Shown here: piece after piece, positions 26,424 through 36,689 of the stretch | Position numbering within the stretch: the first letter of the stretch is position 1 | Layout: every line of letters starts with the position of its first letter | Program-made: the position numbers and the translations under genes | Assembly (NCBI GenBank): GCA_023397675.1 | Contig: JAEWTV010000082.1 | Location: 14,984 to 78,983, forward strand | From: Bacillota bacterium | GTDB taxonomy: Bacteria > Bacillota > Clostridia > Acetivibrionales > JANLFN01 | Reading direction: 5' to 3' | DNA: 64,000 bases | Notes under the pieces: model-generated | What the model saw: the letters and a program-made list of their open reading frames with translations, nothing else | What the model was told of the DNA's origin: nothing | Database searches by the model: none

Positions 26424-27368
26424 CTACCCTATTACTTGCTTTATAACCCTCATGAAATTCTCTCCTGAAAAACCCTTTACAAAAGCCTCCGAATAATTCA
26501 GCTTAAGCAATTCATTAATAAGTGCATTAATATCCTGTACGCCCTGTATATCAACCGGTGTAACCTCTATCCCATCAAAATCGGCCCCAATTCCAAGTAT
26601 TCCGTCTCCTCCGATTGAAGAGATATGTTCTATATGCTTTATAACATCTTTTATAGAAGCCTTATCCGAATTATTCAGAAAATCAGGATACAGATTAATC
26701 CCTATAACGCCTCCATTGCCTTTTATTGCAGATACTTGCTCATCTGTGAGATTGCGTCTGTGGTTGCAGATAGCTTTAGAATTGGAATGGGATGCAATTA
26801 TAGGCTGTTTTGATGTTTCGATTACATCCCAGAAGCCTTTTTCTGATAAGTGTGAAACATCAACCAGCATTCCAAGCCTGTTCATTTCTGAAACAACTGC
26901 TTTTCCGAAAGGTGTCAGTCCTCCACCGGATGATGCATCAGCTACTCCATCTGCAATTTCATTTCTGTGGTTCCATGTAAGGCAAATACTTCTGACACCA
27001 AGCTTATAAAAGGCTCTTAAAACCCCAAGGTCGCCCTGAAGAGCTTCCCCGCCTTCGATACTCTTTATTCCTGCTACCTTGTCCTGGCTGAATGCTTTCT
27101 CAATATCAGCAAAACTATTGCATAACATAAGACTGTCACTGTATTCTTCCGCTTGCTGCTCAAGCTTGTCGATTATCTGTATTGCTCTTCTGAGTGCATA
27201 GGCCTGTGAATGTATGGGGTCAATAAAAGCAGCAAAAAATTGTACAAAGCTGCCTAGTGTTTTTGCCCTTGTAAGGTCAAAGTGACATGTATTCTTAAAA
27301 AGGTTCTCACCCTTTTTTTCTTCCATTATTTTAGTGACGGTATCGCAGTGAGCGTCTACAATTATCAT
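26424..27368 (-). CDS. membrane dipeptidase (peptidase M19 family)
   Basis: Motifs DAHCD, DVSH, SHSN and GADFDG. AGGAGG RBS. Confidence 0.9.
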   Translation of the reverse strand: MIIVDAHCDTVTKIMEEKKGENLFKNTCHFDLTRAKTLGSFVQFFAAFIDPIHSQAYALRRAIQIIDKLEQQAEEYSDSLMLCNSFADIEKAFSQDKVAGIKSIEGGEALQGDLGVLRAFYKLGVRSICLTWNHRNEIADGVADASSGGGLTPFGKAVVSEMNRLGMLVDVSHLSEKGFWDVIETSKQPIIASHSNSKAICNHRRNLTDEQVSAIKGNGGVIGINLYPDFLNNSDKASIKDVIKHIEHISSIGGDGILGIGADFDGIEVTPVDIQGVQDINALINELLKLNYSEAFVKGFSGENFMRVIKQVIG

Positions 27369-27386
27369 AATTCCTCCTAAAAATAC

Positions 27387-27767
27387 TTAATAAAAAGCGT
27401 TCTTAATAATATTTGATTCCAATACAAGAAAGTTTCCATTTGACTTTTTATAGATGATTTCAATTATATCAAACCGTACATTGGAATTTTCGAGATGATG
27501 TTTCTTTAAATAAATCTGTGAAAGGCGGATAATATTATCCATCTTTTTTCTGGTAACTGCTTCAGAAGGCTGGCCGAAAATAAGACTGCTACGTGATTTT
27601 ACCTCTATAAAACAAATATATTCTCCTTCTTTTGCGATTATATCAATTTCACCAAGTCTGCTGAAGCGAAAATTTCTTTCCATTATAATATAACCGTTCT
27701 TCTCAAGAAGGCTGACAGCGGCATTTTCACCTTCACTGCCTGTAGTACGCTTATTTTCAGTGTTAAT
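27387..27767 (-). CDS. yraN: YraN family (UPF0102) endonuclease-like protein, probable non-AUG start
   Basis: Core GEIDIIAKEGEYICFIEVKSRS. The family-typical N-terminus TGSEGENAAVSLLEKNGYII is encoded in frame upstream of the first ATG (27683). The only start candidates after the GGAGGA RBS are GTT at 27770 and ATT at 27767. Confidence 0.7.
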   Translation of the reverse strand: MNTENKRTTGSEGENAAVSLLEKNGYIIMERNFRFSRLGEIDIIAKEGEYICFIEVKSRSSLIFGQPSEAVTRKKMDNIIRLSQIYLKKHHLENSNVRFDIIEIIYKKSNGNFLVLESNIIKNAFY

Positions 27768-28053
27768 AACCGTTTCCTCCGTATTTATTATCTACATCGC
27801 CTATAAATATAAGTATTTTGGCCACGATATCATAAAGCTCTTCAGGTATTTCATCCCCAAGCTTAAAGCTGTTCAGGGTATGGGCAAGGCTTGCATCCTC
27901 ATATATAGGCACATCGTTTTCTTTTGCCTTTTCAATTATTTTTTCAGCAATTTCTCCTTTGCCGACAGCAACTATTTTTGGAGCTGCATCAGAATCAGGA
28001 GAATATTTAAGCGCTGCGACCTCTTTGACTTTTTTCTCAGGCTTTTTGTCCAT
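27763..28053 (-). CDS. ylqH: FlhB/EscU C-terminal domain-like protein (YlqH-type)
   Basis: 96 aa. APKIVAVGKGEIAEKIIEKAKENDVPIYEDASLA matches the FlhB C-terminal domain, and the gene sits downstream of a ylqG-like gene as in Bacillus. Confidence 0.8.
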   Translation of the reverse strand: MDKKPEKKVKEVAALKYSPDSDAAPKIVAVGKGEIAEKIIEKAKENDVPIYEDASLAHTLNSFKLGDEIPEELYDIVAKILIFIGDVDNKYGGNGY

Positions 28054-28074
28054 TTATTAACACTCCGATGAGTA

Positions 28075-29718
28075 CTAAATTTTATAATCAATTGAAATTC
28101 TGTTTGAACCTATTTCCTTCCTTATAACCTTTTCGGCATTAACAAGATTAATTTTATCTTTAATAAGGCCGAAATTCATGCCTACCAGCTTAAAGCCGAT
28201 TTCCTCCAGCGAGTTAAACAGCTCATTATATTCAGAAGAAAAGGCTTCAGAGAGCTTTTTGTCTTCAAGCTTGAAGTTTATCATAACACTCTTGCGACTT
28301 ACAGATATAAGCGAGTCTACCCGTCCAAGATTCTGAGTATCCAACGATAGGAATACAGTCATGTTTTCGGGATCAAGCTTCTTTTTTGTCCCTTCCCTCT
28401 TGAGTATATATAACTCAGCTGTTTTATCGCTTCCTTTAAGGCTTACCGGTATCTGAAGATATGCAGCGTAATTGCTTGCTTCATTCATGAACCTAAGATT
28501 ATTTTGTATATTGTCAAGCTTGTCTGTAAGCTGGTCTTTTAAAGGGTATGCAGAGGCAACAATTTCCTGCTTTATTACATCCAGCTTTTCGTAAAGCTCT
28601 TTATAGGCATTTTTAACAGCTCCCTGTGTCAGGTCTCCGGCCTCGACATCCAGTAAAGCTTTAGAGAATAGCTTGTTTATATGCTTTTTAGTATCCTCTA
28701 TAGAATTGTTATTTGCATTTAAAAGTTCATTCTTATTAAGCTTATCAAGCTCTTTGAACAAGGATTGCATGAATTGAGTTTTTCCAGGTTGTTCAGGAAT
28801 ATCTTTTAACTGGTTTTTTATAAAATCAATTACCTTTTCAGCGTCCATCTTATTGGCAGGCTGTGATGTAATAAAGTTATCAAGCTTTTGAGCAAAGCTG
28901 CTGTTATTGAATATTTGCTTTATTGCTTCAGCATTATTGGACATAGTTTTATCAGAAAGCTGTGAAATAATATTTGTAAGTAATTCTTTTGCATTAATTT
29001 TTACAGGAGCATCGGTAGAAGTTGCGTTTTGCGTTATTGAAGCCTGTTCATCAGCAACAGTAGTCGCTGATGGTGAGTATTTGGCGTCGACACGTTCAAG
29101 ACCTTTTGAAATAGCTTGAAGAAGGTTTGAGTCTTTAATTTCCGGCAGCTTATCTATTATATCCCTGATGGACGAAGTAACTTTGAATTTTTCATCGGTA
29201 AGCTGCTGAAGTGAATTTAAATTATTCTCTATAGTCGGAATATTGTTTTTTAAGATAAACACAGCCTTTTCAGGAGTTATTCCTGTTGCTTTGAAGTTTG
29301 ACATTAGCTGTGACGCCTTATCTACGTTTTCCTTTGAGATAGGCAGACCCGTAGCACCAAGCTCCTTTGCGATATCAATGGAGTTATTATCAGGTGAAAT
29401 ACCTAAAGACATAAGTGTTTTGGAAATTGCATCATTTTCATTTAATACAGGCACTGGCTGCTTAAGGGTTTGAAGAAGCAGCTTGCCGTCCTGAAAACCT
29501 TTTACGGTAAAATCAACAAAGTCCCCCTGCTTTGCATCAATTGAACCGAGGGTTTTTGCAGTTACAGAAGTACCGTCAAATAGCTTTAAAATAGCTTCAT
29601 CAGTCGCAATTTCAAGTATTTGCGCTCTAAGCACATCTCCGATGTTAAGTTTGCTTAATATATCGGAAATGTTTACTGTCGTACCTGCCTGTACCAAATT
29701 AAACCCGTCAATTCGCAT
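28075..29718 (-). CDS. FliK/hook-length-control-like protein (YlqG-type)
   Basis: C-terminal Flg_hook-like segment (ELYILKREG...VFLSLDTQNLGRVDSLISV). The start was placed at the ATG at 29718 after TGAGGT. Confidence 0.65.
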   Translation of the reverse strand: MRIDGFNLVQAGTTVNISDILSKLNIGDVLRAQILEIATDEAILKLFDGTSVTAKTLGSIDAKQGDFVDFTVKGFQDGKLLLQTLKQPVPVLNENDAISKTLMSLGISPDNNSIDIAKELGATGLPISKENVDKASQLMSNFKATGITPEKAVFILKNNIPTIENNLNSLQQLTDEKFKVTSSIRDIIDKLPEIKDSNLLQAISKGLERVDAKYSPSATTVADEQASITQNATSTDAPVKINAKELLTNIISQLSDKTMSNNAEAIKQIFNNSSFAQKLDNFITSQPANKMDAEKVIDFIKNQLKDIPEQPGKTQFMQSLFKELDKLNKNELLNANNNSIEDTKKHINKLFSKALLDVEAGDLTQGAVKNAYKELYEKLDVIKQEIVASAYPLKDQLTDKLDNIQNNLRFMNEASNYAAYLQIPVSLKGSDKTAELYILKREGTKKKLDPENMTVFLSLDTQNLGRVDSLISVSRKSVMINFKLEDKKLSEAFSSEYNELFNSLEEIGFKLVGMNFGLIKDKINLVNAEKVIRKEIGSNRISIDYKI

Positions 29719-29733
29719 AATCAAAACCTCACA

Positions 29734-30402
29734 TTAAATTATGGAGATTTGCTCAAAATCAGTTTCCTCGGTGATTTTTCTTGTAAAACTCAGTCTATGT
29801 ATTGGGCAAAGTCCATGTTTTTTTATTGCTTCAATATGTTCTTTAGTAGCATATCCCTTGTGTTTGGCGAAGCCATATTGAGGATATACACTATCAAGCT
29901 CCTCAATAAGCCTGTCCCTCGTTACCTTGGCAATAACCGAGGCGGCTGCTATTGAAATACTGAGAGCATCACCTTTAATAATAGGTATCTGTTCTATATT
30001 TATATCGGAAAGTTTTACCGCATCAATCAGAAGAATTTCAGGAGTTTGTGCAAGACCGTCTACCGCCGTAATCATTGCCTTCTTTGTTGCATTAAGTATG
30101 TTAATCTCGTCAATGCATTTTTCATCAATAATTCCGACACCGTATGTAACAGCTTTTTCAATTATTTGATCGTAAATAACGTCACGCTGCTTTGCAGTAA
30201 GCTTTTTAGAGTCATTCAGGTTGGGTATGAACACATCCTTGGGAAGAATTACCGCAGCTGCAACAACCGGTCCTGCTAAAGGCCCCCTGCCCGCCTCGTC
30301 TATGCCGGCAATTCTCAGCAAGCCCCGTTCATAGCACTGATGTTCATATTTACACATTTCGTTAAAGCGTTTAACCTCATCTTCATATGAAAGTTCCTTC
30401 AT
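29734..30402 (-). CDS. rnhB: ribonuclease HII
   Basis: Motif [14 protein letters not shown], about 220 aa, in rbgA-rnhB synteny. Confidence 0.95.
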   Translation of the reverse strand: MKELSYEDEVKRFNEMCKYEHQCYERGLLRIAGIDEAGRGPLAGPVVAAAVILPKDVFIPNLNDSKKLTAKQRDVIYDQIIEKAVTYGVGIIDEKCIDEINILNATKKAMITAVDGLAQTPEILLIDAVKLSDINIEQIPIIKGDALSISIAAASVIAKVTRDRLIEELDSVYPQYGFAKHKGYATKEHIEAIKKHGLCPIHRLSFTRKITEETDFEQISII

Positions 30403-30420
30403 TTTTGACCTCCAAATACA

Positions 30421-31281
30421 TTACTGACCCTCTTCTACAGGTCTTTCCAGAGTAATTCTTCCTATTTTCCCGCCTCTGAATTCATCCAGAACAATGGCAG
30501 AAATCCTGTAATAATCTATTTCTCCGCCAGAGATAATACAGCCTCTTTTTTTACCTGCAGCTTCAAGCAGTTCCAATCCAGTCATGTCTGTAACCTTATC
30601 AAGCTTGTATCTTTGTGCCAGCTGATCAGGGTAAATTTCAGAAAGTCTTTTCATAAGATGCATTGCAATCTCCGCTATATCAAGAATATCATCTTTGATT
30701 GCTCCTGTAAAAGCCAGATTAAGGCCCACCTTTTCATCCTCAAATTTCGGCCATAGTATTCCGGGTGTGTCAAGCAGCTCGATTTCTTCATTGATCCTTA
30801 TCCACTGCTTGTTTCTTGTGACTCCTGGTTTATCGCCTGTATTTGCTGTTGCCTTTCCAGCTATTTTATTTATAAATGAAGATTTGCCTACGTTAGGTAT
30901 CCCAACCACCATTGTCTTGATTGGACGTAAAAGCCTTCCTTTCTGCTTTTCACGCTCTATCTTGTCAGCCATTATTTCTCTTAGCCTGGCTTTGACATTA
31001 TTAAGGCCTTCACCTTTTTTTGACTCTGCTGTTAAGCAAATAATCCCTTTGTCACGATAATATTTTATCCATTCGTTAGTAACCGCTGGATCTGCAAGGT
31101 CTGCCTTGTTCAAAAGCACAACCCTTGGCTTGGTTCCAAGAAGAGTATCTATTTCAGGGTTTCTGCTGCTTAAGGGAATTCTTGCATCTAGCAGCTCTAT
31201 TACAACATCAATCATTTTAATATTTTCCGAAAGCATTCGCCTTGTTTTAGCCATATGTCCCGGAAACCATTGTATGTTCAT
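30421..31281 (-). CDS. rbgA: ribosome biogenesis GTPase A (YlqF)
   Basis: Circularly permuted GTPase order: NKADL (G4), then GIPNVGKSS (G1), then DTPG (G3). Confidence 0.95.
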   Translation of the reverse strand: MNIQWFPGHMAKTRRMLSENIKMIDVVIELLDARIPLSSRNPEIDTLLGTKPRVVLLNKADLADPAVTNEWIKYYRDKGIICLTAESKKGEGLNNVKARLREIMADKIEREKQKGRLLRPIKTMVVGIPNVGKSSFINKIAGKATANTGDKPGVTRNKQWIRINEEIELLDTPGILWPKFEDEKVGLNLAFTGAIKDDILDIAEIAMHLMKRLSEIYPDQLAQRYKLDKVTDMTGLELLEAAGKKRGCIISGGEIDYYRISAIVLDEFRGGKIGRITLERPVEEGQ

Positions 31282-31398
31282 ATATTCCTCCGTAGTTTCA
31301 ATTAAAAAGAAATTTATAAATAATATAGGTATAGTATACCATTATTTTCATTAATTAATGAAAAAAGGGACCATAAGGTCCCTTTGGTTTCATAAGTA

Positions 31399-31755
31399 TT
31401 AATCTTTAGATTCAAGTCTTTCCTTAACCTTTGCTGCCTTACCAACTCTATCACGGAGATAGTAAAGTTTAGCTCTCCTAACCTGACCTTTTCTTACAAC
31501 TTCTATATGGTCGATTTTTGGTGAGTTAACAGGTAATATTCTCTCAACACCTACACCGTAGGAAATTCTTCTTACAGTGAAGTTTTCCTTAAGACCATGT
31601 CCTTTAAGAGCTATTACAGTTCCTTCAAATATCTGAAGTCTTTCTCTGTTTCCTTCCTTAACCTTTAAGTGAACCTTTACATAGTCGCCGATTTCAAGCT
31701 TTGGAAGATCACTTCTCTGTTGTTCCTGCTCTAATGCTTTAATAATTGGATCCAT
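31399..31755 (-). CDS. rplS: 50S ribosomal protein L19
   Basis: 118 aa with the typical L19 sequence ([12 protein letters not shown]...[15 protein letters not shown]). Confidence 0.95.
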   Translation of the reverse strand: MDPIIKALEQEQQRSDLPKLEIGDYVKVHLKVKEGNRERLQIFEGTVIALKGHGLKENFTVRRISYGVGVERILPVNSPKIDHIEVVRKGQVRRAKLYYLRDRVGKAAKVKERLESKD

Positions 31756-31853
31756 TTTTTTATCCTCCTTCCCACCTAGGCGTTCTTAAACAGATATATA
31801 ATATTTATATAATCTTTAATGCCAGCGGAACGTCCGTAATACACACGCAAAAA

Positions 31854-31882
31854 ATTATAGCATATGATTTCTGTATTGTAAA
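31854..31882 (-). promoter_or_regulatory. sigma-A promoter upstream of rplS (extended -10)
   Basis: On the minus strand: TTTACA, 17 nt, then TGcTATAAT. The roughly 95-nt leader that follows could be an L19-type leader, but this is unverified. Confidence 0.5.
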
Positions 31883-32024
31883 TATGTTTTATCAAGGTTT
31901 GTACACAATTTGACAAAGCGAAAACCATTGTTATATACTTAATAAGTGCAGGAATACCTTGCAATGCTATATTATAACATATTTTTAGATGTTTACTCAA
32001 AAAGTTTTTAATGGAGAAATAATT

Positions 32025-33245
32025 ATGAATTCTAGAAAATTTTATTTAATAATCAGTATATTGCTTTCAGTTTTCCTTTTTGCAGGTGGTACTTTTGCTC
32101 TCGCTTACATAAGCCAGGAAGATTCTCAGGAAGGTTTTATAGGCGATGTTCTTGATTCATTCCGCGCAGATAAAGACCCTATGAATATTCTTCTGTTGGG
32201 TGGAGACTATGTAAATGGCAATACAGATACTATAATGCTTATCAATTTAAACCCTTCAACAGGAAAAATTAATTTGCTTTCAATACCAAGGGACTCAAAA
32301 GTAAGCGTTAAAGGTTCAAGCCTCCCGAAAATAAATTCTGCCTACCCTATTGGCGGTCCTGATTTAGCTATAAAAACAATAAGCAATTTTCTTGGTGTAA
32401 ACATAAAGCATTATGTTTATATTGATACATCAGCTTTCAGGCTTATTATCGATAAGCTTGGAGGGGTTGATTACTATGTTCCTGTTGATATGAAACGTGA
32501 TGACCCTGTTCAGAACCTTCATATTAATCTTAAAAAAGGCCAGCAGCATCTTAACGGTGCAAAAGCCGAACAATTTATGAGGTTCCGTGAATATAACGAC
32601 GGAACAGTTAACAAATTTTATGACGGAAGCGATATAAAACGAATTGAAGCGCAACAGGGTTTTATAAAGGCGTTAATCGATCAGAAGGTTACAATTTCGA
32701 ACCTTCCAAAACTTAAGGGTGTCCTCAATATTGTTTTCAATAAAATCAAGACGGATATGGATTTAGATGAAGTAATGAAGCTGGCACAATGCCTTGGAAA
32801 TGTAAGTACAAGCAACATGTCTACTTTTACACTCCCCGGCCGTGATTCTAATGAACCAAACGGATGGTTTTACGTAATAGATATGAATAAGGCTTCAGCT
32901 ATAATAAAGAATAACTTTGCAGGTACCGGAAACTATGTTGATTCAGGAAATAATGAAAAAGATACATCCAATACCAACAAGACAGGTACCAAAAAGTCCA
33001 ATTCAAATCAAAGTACACCGTCTAAAACAACTAAGCCGCCTGCTACCGATACTACTAAGGATACAACGACTAAAGACGTTACAACTGTTCCGGAGACTAC
33101 CAAGCCGCCTACAACAAACGAAACAGACAATATACCTTCAGGCAACGATACAAATGTGAGTGATACAACAAAGCCCCCTGCGACAGATAATACAGATAAT
33201 ACACAAACTACAAATACTCAGACAACCGATCAAACACCTCAATAA
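32025..33245 (+). CDS. LytR-CpsA-Psr (LCP) family protein with Thr/Pro-rich C-terminal tail
   Basis: TM anchor, NILLLGGD...DTIMLINLNP...LSIPRD. The ATG at 32025 follows a GGAGA RBS. The tail carries TTKPPATD-type repeats. Confidence 0.85.
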   Translation: MNSRKFYLIISILLSVFLFAGGTFALAYISQEDSQEGFIGDVLDSFRADKDPMNILLLGGDYVNGNTDTIMLINLNPSTGKINLLSIPRDSKVSVKGSSLPKINSAYPIGGPDLAIKTISNFLGVNIKHYVYIDTSAFRLIIDKLGGVDYYVPVDMKRDDPVQNLHINLKKGQQHLNGAKAEQFMRFREYNDGTVNKFYDGSDIKRIEAQQGFIKALIDQKVTISNLPKLKGVLNIVFNKIKTDMDLDEVMKLAQCLGNVSTSNMSTFTLPGRDSNEPNGWFYVIDMNKASAIIKNNFAGTGNYVDSGNNEKDTSNTNKTGTKKSNSNQSTPSKTTKPPATDTTKDTTTKDVTTVPETTKPPTTNETDNIPSGNDTNVSDTTKPPATDNTDNTQTTNTQTTDQTPQ

Positions 33246-33258
33246 TAGATAAAAAAAG

Positions 33259-33287
33259 AAACAGCTGCTTTTATGGCAGCTGTTTTA
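33259..33287 (+). terminator. intrinsic terminator after the LCP gene (A-run upstream, so possibly bidirectional)
   Basis: Stem AAACAGCTGC/GCAGCTGTTT followed by TTTT. Confidence 0.8.
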
Positions 33288-33630
33288 AATTATAAATCTT
33301 TCATCTAGTTGTGCATATTTGAGTATAGTCAGTTTAATTGATTCAAGTAGATATTTGTATTGAGATAAGTATACCGAGCAATCCCTTAAGAAGATGATTT
33401 TGGGCATTGCAATATTGTGTAATTCCTCAATGCTGTAATCACCATGTTCGTATTTTTCCAGCATCAGGTCCAAAAACAATATTGTTACCAAAGCAATTCT
33501 TTTTATCAAAGTGAACCCCACCGTTAATAAAATTTAAGCCGTAGTTTCAGTTTAAACCACGGCTCTAAACAACTAAATTATAGAACATTTCAAAAATATT
33601 GTCAATAAAAACCAACGTAAAATTTTACAT

Positions 33631-34281
33631 TTATGTATTATCTTGAATCCAATTGACAAATTCTGATGGTGTTTCAAAGGCTGCATCGGGATTAAGTTTT
33701 AACAGTTCCCTATTCGCAGTTGCTGACCAAAGTGCCACAATTGCCCTGGTAGCTGCATTTCTACTTGCTTGTATGTCTACATCAAAATCCCCTACATAAG
33801 CACTGTTTTCAGGTTTAACACCAAGGACCGCAAGAGATTTAATAATTCCTTCGGGGTCAGGTTTAAATTTTGAGGTATCATCACCTGCAATTATATTGTC
33901 AAAATATTGTTTGATTTGAAGCTTTTCAAGCACCAATTCCGCTGTAATTCTGCTTCTGCCTGTAAACAAGGCTATTTTAATTCCTCTTCGTTTGATAAAG
34001 GAAAGCATCTCGCTGATTCCTTCAATTGGTTTGACCATTGCGTCAAAACACTCCGATACAAACTTTACATAGTCGTCAATGAAGTTCTCGTCTGTATTAT
34101 TGGGAATAAGCTTTCTTATAATATAAGTGTCTATCGGACCGAATTCAGCTAAAATATCTTCATCTCTGTACTGTTTTCCTGTTTTAATCCTCACATACTC
34201 CTTGATAGAATATATTGTTAGCTTTATAGTATCTGCAATAGTTCCGTCAAGATCAAATATAACTGCATCAAGCTGCATCAT
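33631..34281 (-). CDS. HAD superfamily hydrolase (phosphatase, PGP-like)
   Basis: Motif I FDLDGTIADT and late motif VGDFDVD. Confidence 0.8.
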   Translation of the reverse strand: MMQLDAVIFDLDGTIADTIKLTIYSIKEYVRIKTGKQYRDEDILAEFGPIDTYIIRKLIPNNTDENFIDDYVKFVSECFDAMVKPIEGISEMLSFIKRRGIKIALFTGRSRITAELVLEKLQIKQYFDNIIAGDDTSKFKPDPEGIIKSLAVLGVKPENSAYVGDFDVDIQASRNAATRAIVALWSATANRELLKLNPDAAFETPSEFVNWIQDNT

Positions 34282-34298
34282 TTTCCCCCAGTAAAAAA

Positions 34299-35726
34299 TT
34301 AAATTGCAAAAGCCTTATATGCCTTATACATCTCGTAAATATCTATTTTGCTTGTTATCTCATAAGGTGAATGCATTGACAGGACTGCTACTCCACAATC
34401 CAGTACATCAACTCCAAGGTTGGCAACATACTGCGCAATTGTTCCTCCACCGCCAAGGTCAACCTTTCCAAGCTCTGCAACCTGCCAGATTATATTGTTT
34501 TTATTGAATATGCTTCTTACTTCTGCAATAAATTCAGGATTGGCATCGCTTCCCCCAGACTTTCCCCTGACCCCGGTGTACTTTTGAAGAACTATACCGT
34601 TTCCAAGATAGGATGCGTTCCTTTTATCCTGCACTCCTTCGTAATTGGGATCAACACCTGCATTTACATCAGCTGAAAGCATTTTGGAGTTTTCAAGGCA
34701 TTTTCTGAATATAAGGTCGTTGTAATTATCGGCTGTATAGGCACAAAGTGTTGCAATAAAATTCTCAAGTGCTCTTGATTGAGCGCCTGTATTGCCTACA
34801 CTTCCTATTTCCTCTTTATCTGTAAGGACACACATGTATGTATGTTCAACTTTACCAACATCAAGAATAGCCTTTAAACCTCCATATGCACATACTCTGT
34901 CGTCCTGCCCATAAGCGCCTACCATTCCCCTGTCCATACCTACATCCTTTGCTTTAAAAGCAGGAACAATTTCAAGTTCTGCAGTTGTAAAGTCCTCTTC
35001 GCTGATTCCGTATTTATCATTAAGAAGCTTTAAAATATTGAGTTTTACCTTGTTTTTTACCTTTTCGTCTTTATAAGGGATAGATCCGAATAAAAGGTTT
35101 AAGGCTTCTCCTTGAATACCTTCATGCATCTTCTTCTGCATTTGTTCAGTTGCAAGGTGTGGAAGCAGGTCTGTTATTGTAAACACCGGATCATCTTCGT
35201 CTTCCCCTATATTTATCTCAATTTTTGTTCCATCATCTTTTATAACAACACCGTGCAATGCAAGTGGTATGGTAACCCACTGATATTTCTTTATTCCACC
35301 GTAATAATGGGTTTTAAGAAGTACCATTCCAGTGTCTTCGTAAACTGGTTTTTGCTTAAGATCAATTCTTGGCGAGTCAACATGAGCACCTGTCATCCTG
35401 ACGCCTTCAACCAAAGGTTTTGAACCAATTATCGCCATTATAAGTGCCTTGCCCTTATCAACCTGATAGACCTTCATTCCTGGGACCAGCTTTTTACTGG
35501 CTTTTAACGCTTCGTTTATATCAATAAAACCTTTTTGTTTTATAAGTTTTAAAGCTTCATTGATGAATTCACGTTCTGTTTTTGCCTTGTCAAGGAACCT
35601 TTTATAGCCTTCACAAAAATCGAAAGCCTGCTCAATGCTTTCTTCACTTGATTTTTCCCAAGCATCTTTGTTTTTGTAATTGAGCTTTTCAAACAAAAGC
35701 TGTCCCTGAGTCTTATTCTCTTCCAT
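34299..35726 (-). CDS. M18 family aminopeptidase
   Basis: Motifs GAHVDSPR, DKEEIGS, GGGGTIA and MHSPYE. Confidence 0.85.
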   Translation of the reverse strand: MEENKTQGQLLFEKLNYKNKDAWEKSSEESIEQAFDFCEGYKRFLDKAKTEREFINEALKLIKQKGFIDINEALKASKKLVPGMKVYQVDKGKALIMAIIGSKPLVEGVRMTGAHVDSPRIDLKQKPVYEDTGMVLLKTHYYGGIKKYQWVTIPLALHGVVIKDDGTKIEINIGEDEDDPVFTITDLLPHLATEQMQKKMHEGIQGEALNLLFGSIPYKDEKVKNKVKLNILKLLNDKYGISEEDFTTAELEIVPAFKAKDVGMDRGMVGAYGQDDRVCAYGGLKAILDVGKVEHTYMCVLTDKEEIGSVGNTGAQSRALENFIATLCAYTADNYNDLIFRKCLENSKMLSADVNAGVDPNYEGVQDKRNASYLGNGIVLQKYTGVRGKSGGSDANPEFIAEVRSIFNKNNIIWQVAELGKVDLGGGGTIAQYVANLGVDVLDCGVAVLSMHSPYEITSKIDIYEMYKAYKAFAI

Positions 35727-35894
35727 TAAATTGCCTCCTTTATTTCTCTATTAATATTATATACCAAATTTCCTCAAGAGGAATATATTATCTGGCATAA
35801 GCAATCAATACATATAGTATTTTAATTAATATTGTCTTTTTAATACTCAAATGCTAGAATAAAGCCAAAGTTTGTTTTAGGAGGTATCCCCACC

Positions 35895-36689
35895 ATGTAC
35901 GACTGCCACATACACAGCAATTTCTCCCTGGATAGTGAACTGCCTGCCGAAATAGCCTGTGAGAAAGCATTAGAGCTAAAGCTTGACGGTATTGCCTTTA
36001 CGGACCATTACGATTATGATTATCCTGACTTTGATAATGATTTCAATATAGATTTTGAAAATTACTTTAAACTTATGAAAGAGCTTCAGAAAAAGTATAA
36101 AAACCGGCTTAAAATACTGAATGGTCTTGAACTTGGTATCCAGCCGCATGTTATAGAACAGTCCAGAAATATAGTTGAAACCTATGACTTTGATTTTGTA
36201 ATCATGTCGGTACATGTGATTGACAAGCTGGATCCATATACACAAAAATACTTTGAAGGTAAAACCAAATATCAGGCCGATATGAGGTATCTGGAAGAAA
36301 TCCGTGACACAATGAGGCTGTTTGATAATTTTGATGTTTTGGGACATATCGGCTATATAAGGAGATACAGCTGTTTTGAGGATAAGTCTTTAAGCTGCAC
36401 AGATTATGGAGATATTATTGATGAAATATTAAATGAAGTGATTAAAAACGGTAAAGGAATAGAAATAAATACGTCAGGCTACCGGAGCCTGGGGACTCCG
36501 ATACCTGACTTTGATATTGTACAAAGATACTATGAATTGGGCGGTGAAATTATTACGCTTGGTTCTGATTCACATAACGCAGAGCATGTAGGCTGGGGCT
36601 TTGCTGAAACCCTCGACAGGATTAAAGCCATAGGATTTAACTATGTTGCCCATTTTGAAGACCGTAAGCCTGTATTTGAAAAAATTTAA
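35895..36689 (+). CDS. PHP-family histidinol-phosphatase (HisJ/HisK type)
   Basis: N-terminal [12 protein letters not shown]. Later HIGY and GSDSH metal-ligand motifs. Confidence 0.8.
   Translation: MYDCHIHSNFSLDSELPAEIACEKALELKLDGIAFTDHYDYDYPDFDNDFNIDFENYFKLMKELQKKYKNRLKILNGLELGIQPHVIEQSRNIVETYDFDFVIMSVHVIDKLDPYTQKYFEGKTKYQADMRYLEEIRDTMRLFDNFDVLGHIGYIRRYSCFEDKSLSCTDYGDIIDEILNEVIKNGKGIEINTSGYRSLGTPIPDFDIVQRYYELGGEIITLGSDSHNAEHVGWGFAETLDRIKAIGFNYVAHFEDRKPVFEKI

Noticed and set aside
31776-32000. 74-aa ORF upstream of rplS.
   Set aside because: It lies within the rplS promoter and leader region and overlaps the divergent LCP gene start. It has no RBS and an implausible composition.
33285-33521. 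78-aa ORF between the LCP gene terminator and the HAD hydrolase gene.
   Set aside because: It has a GTG start with no RBS, and the internal Met also lacks one. Its 3' end overlaps the LCP terminator stem, and no domain is recognisable. It is left unannotated, although the about 340-nt gap means a small gene or sRNA here cannot be excluded.
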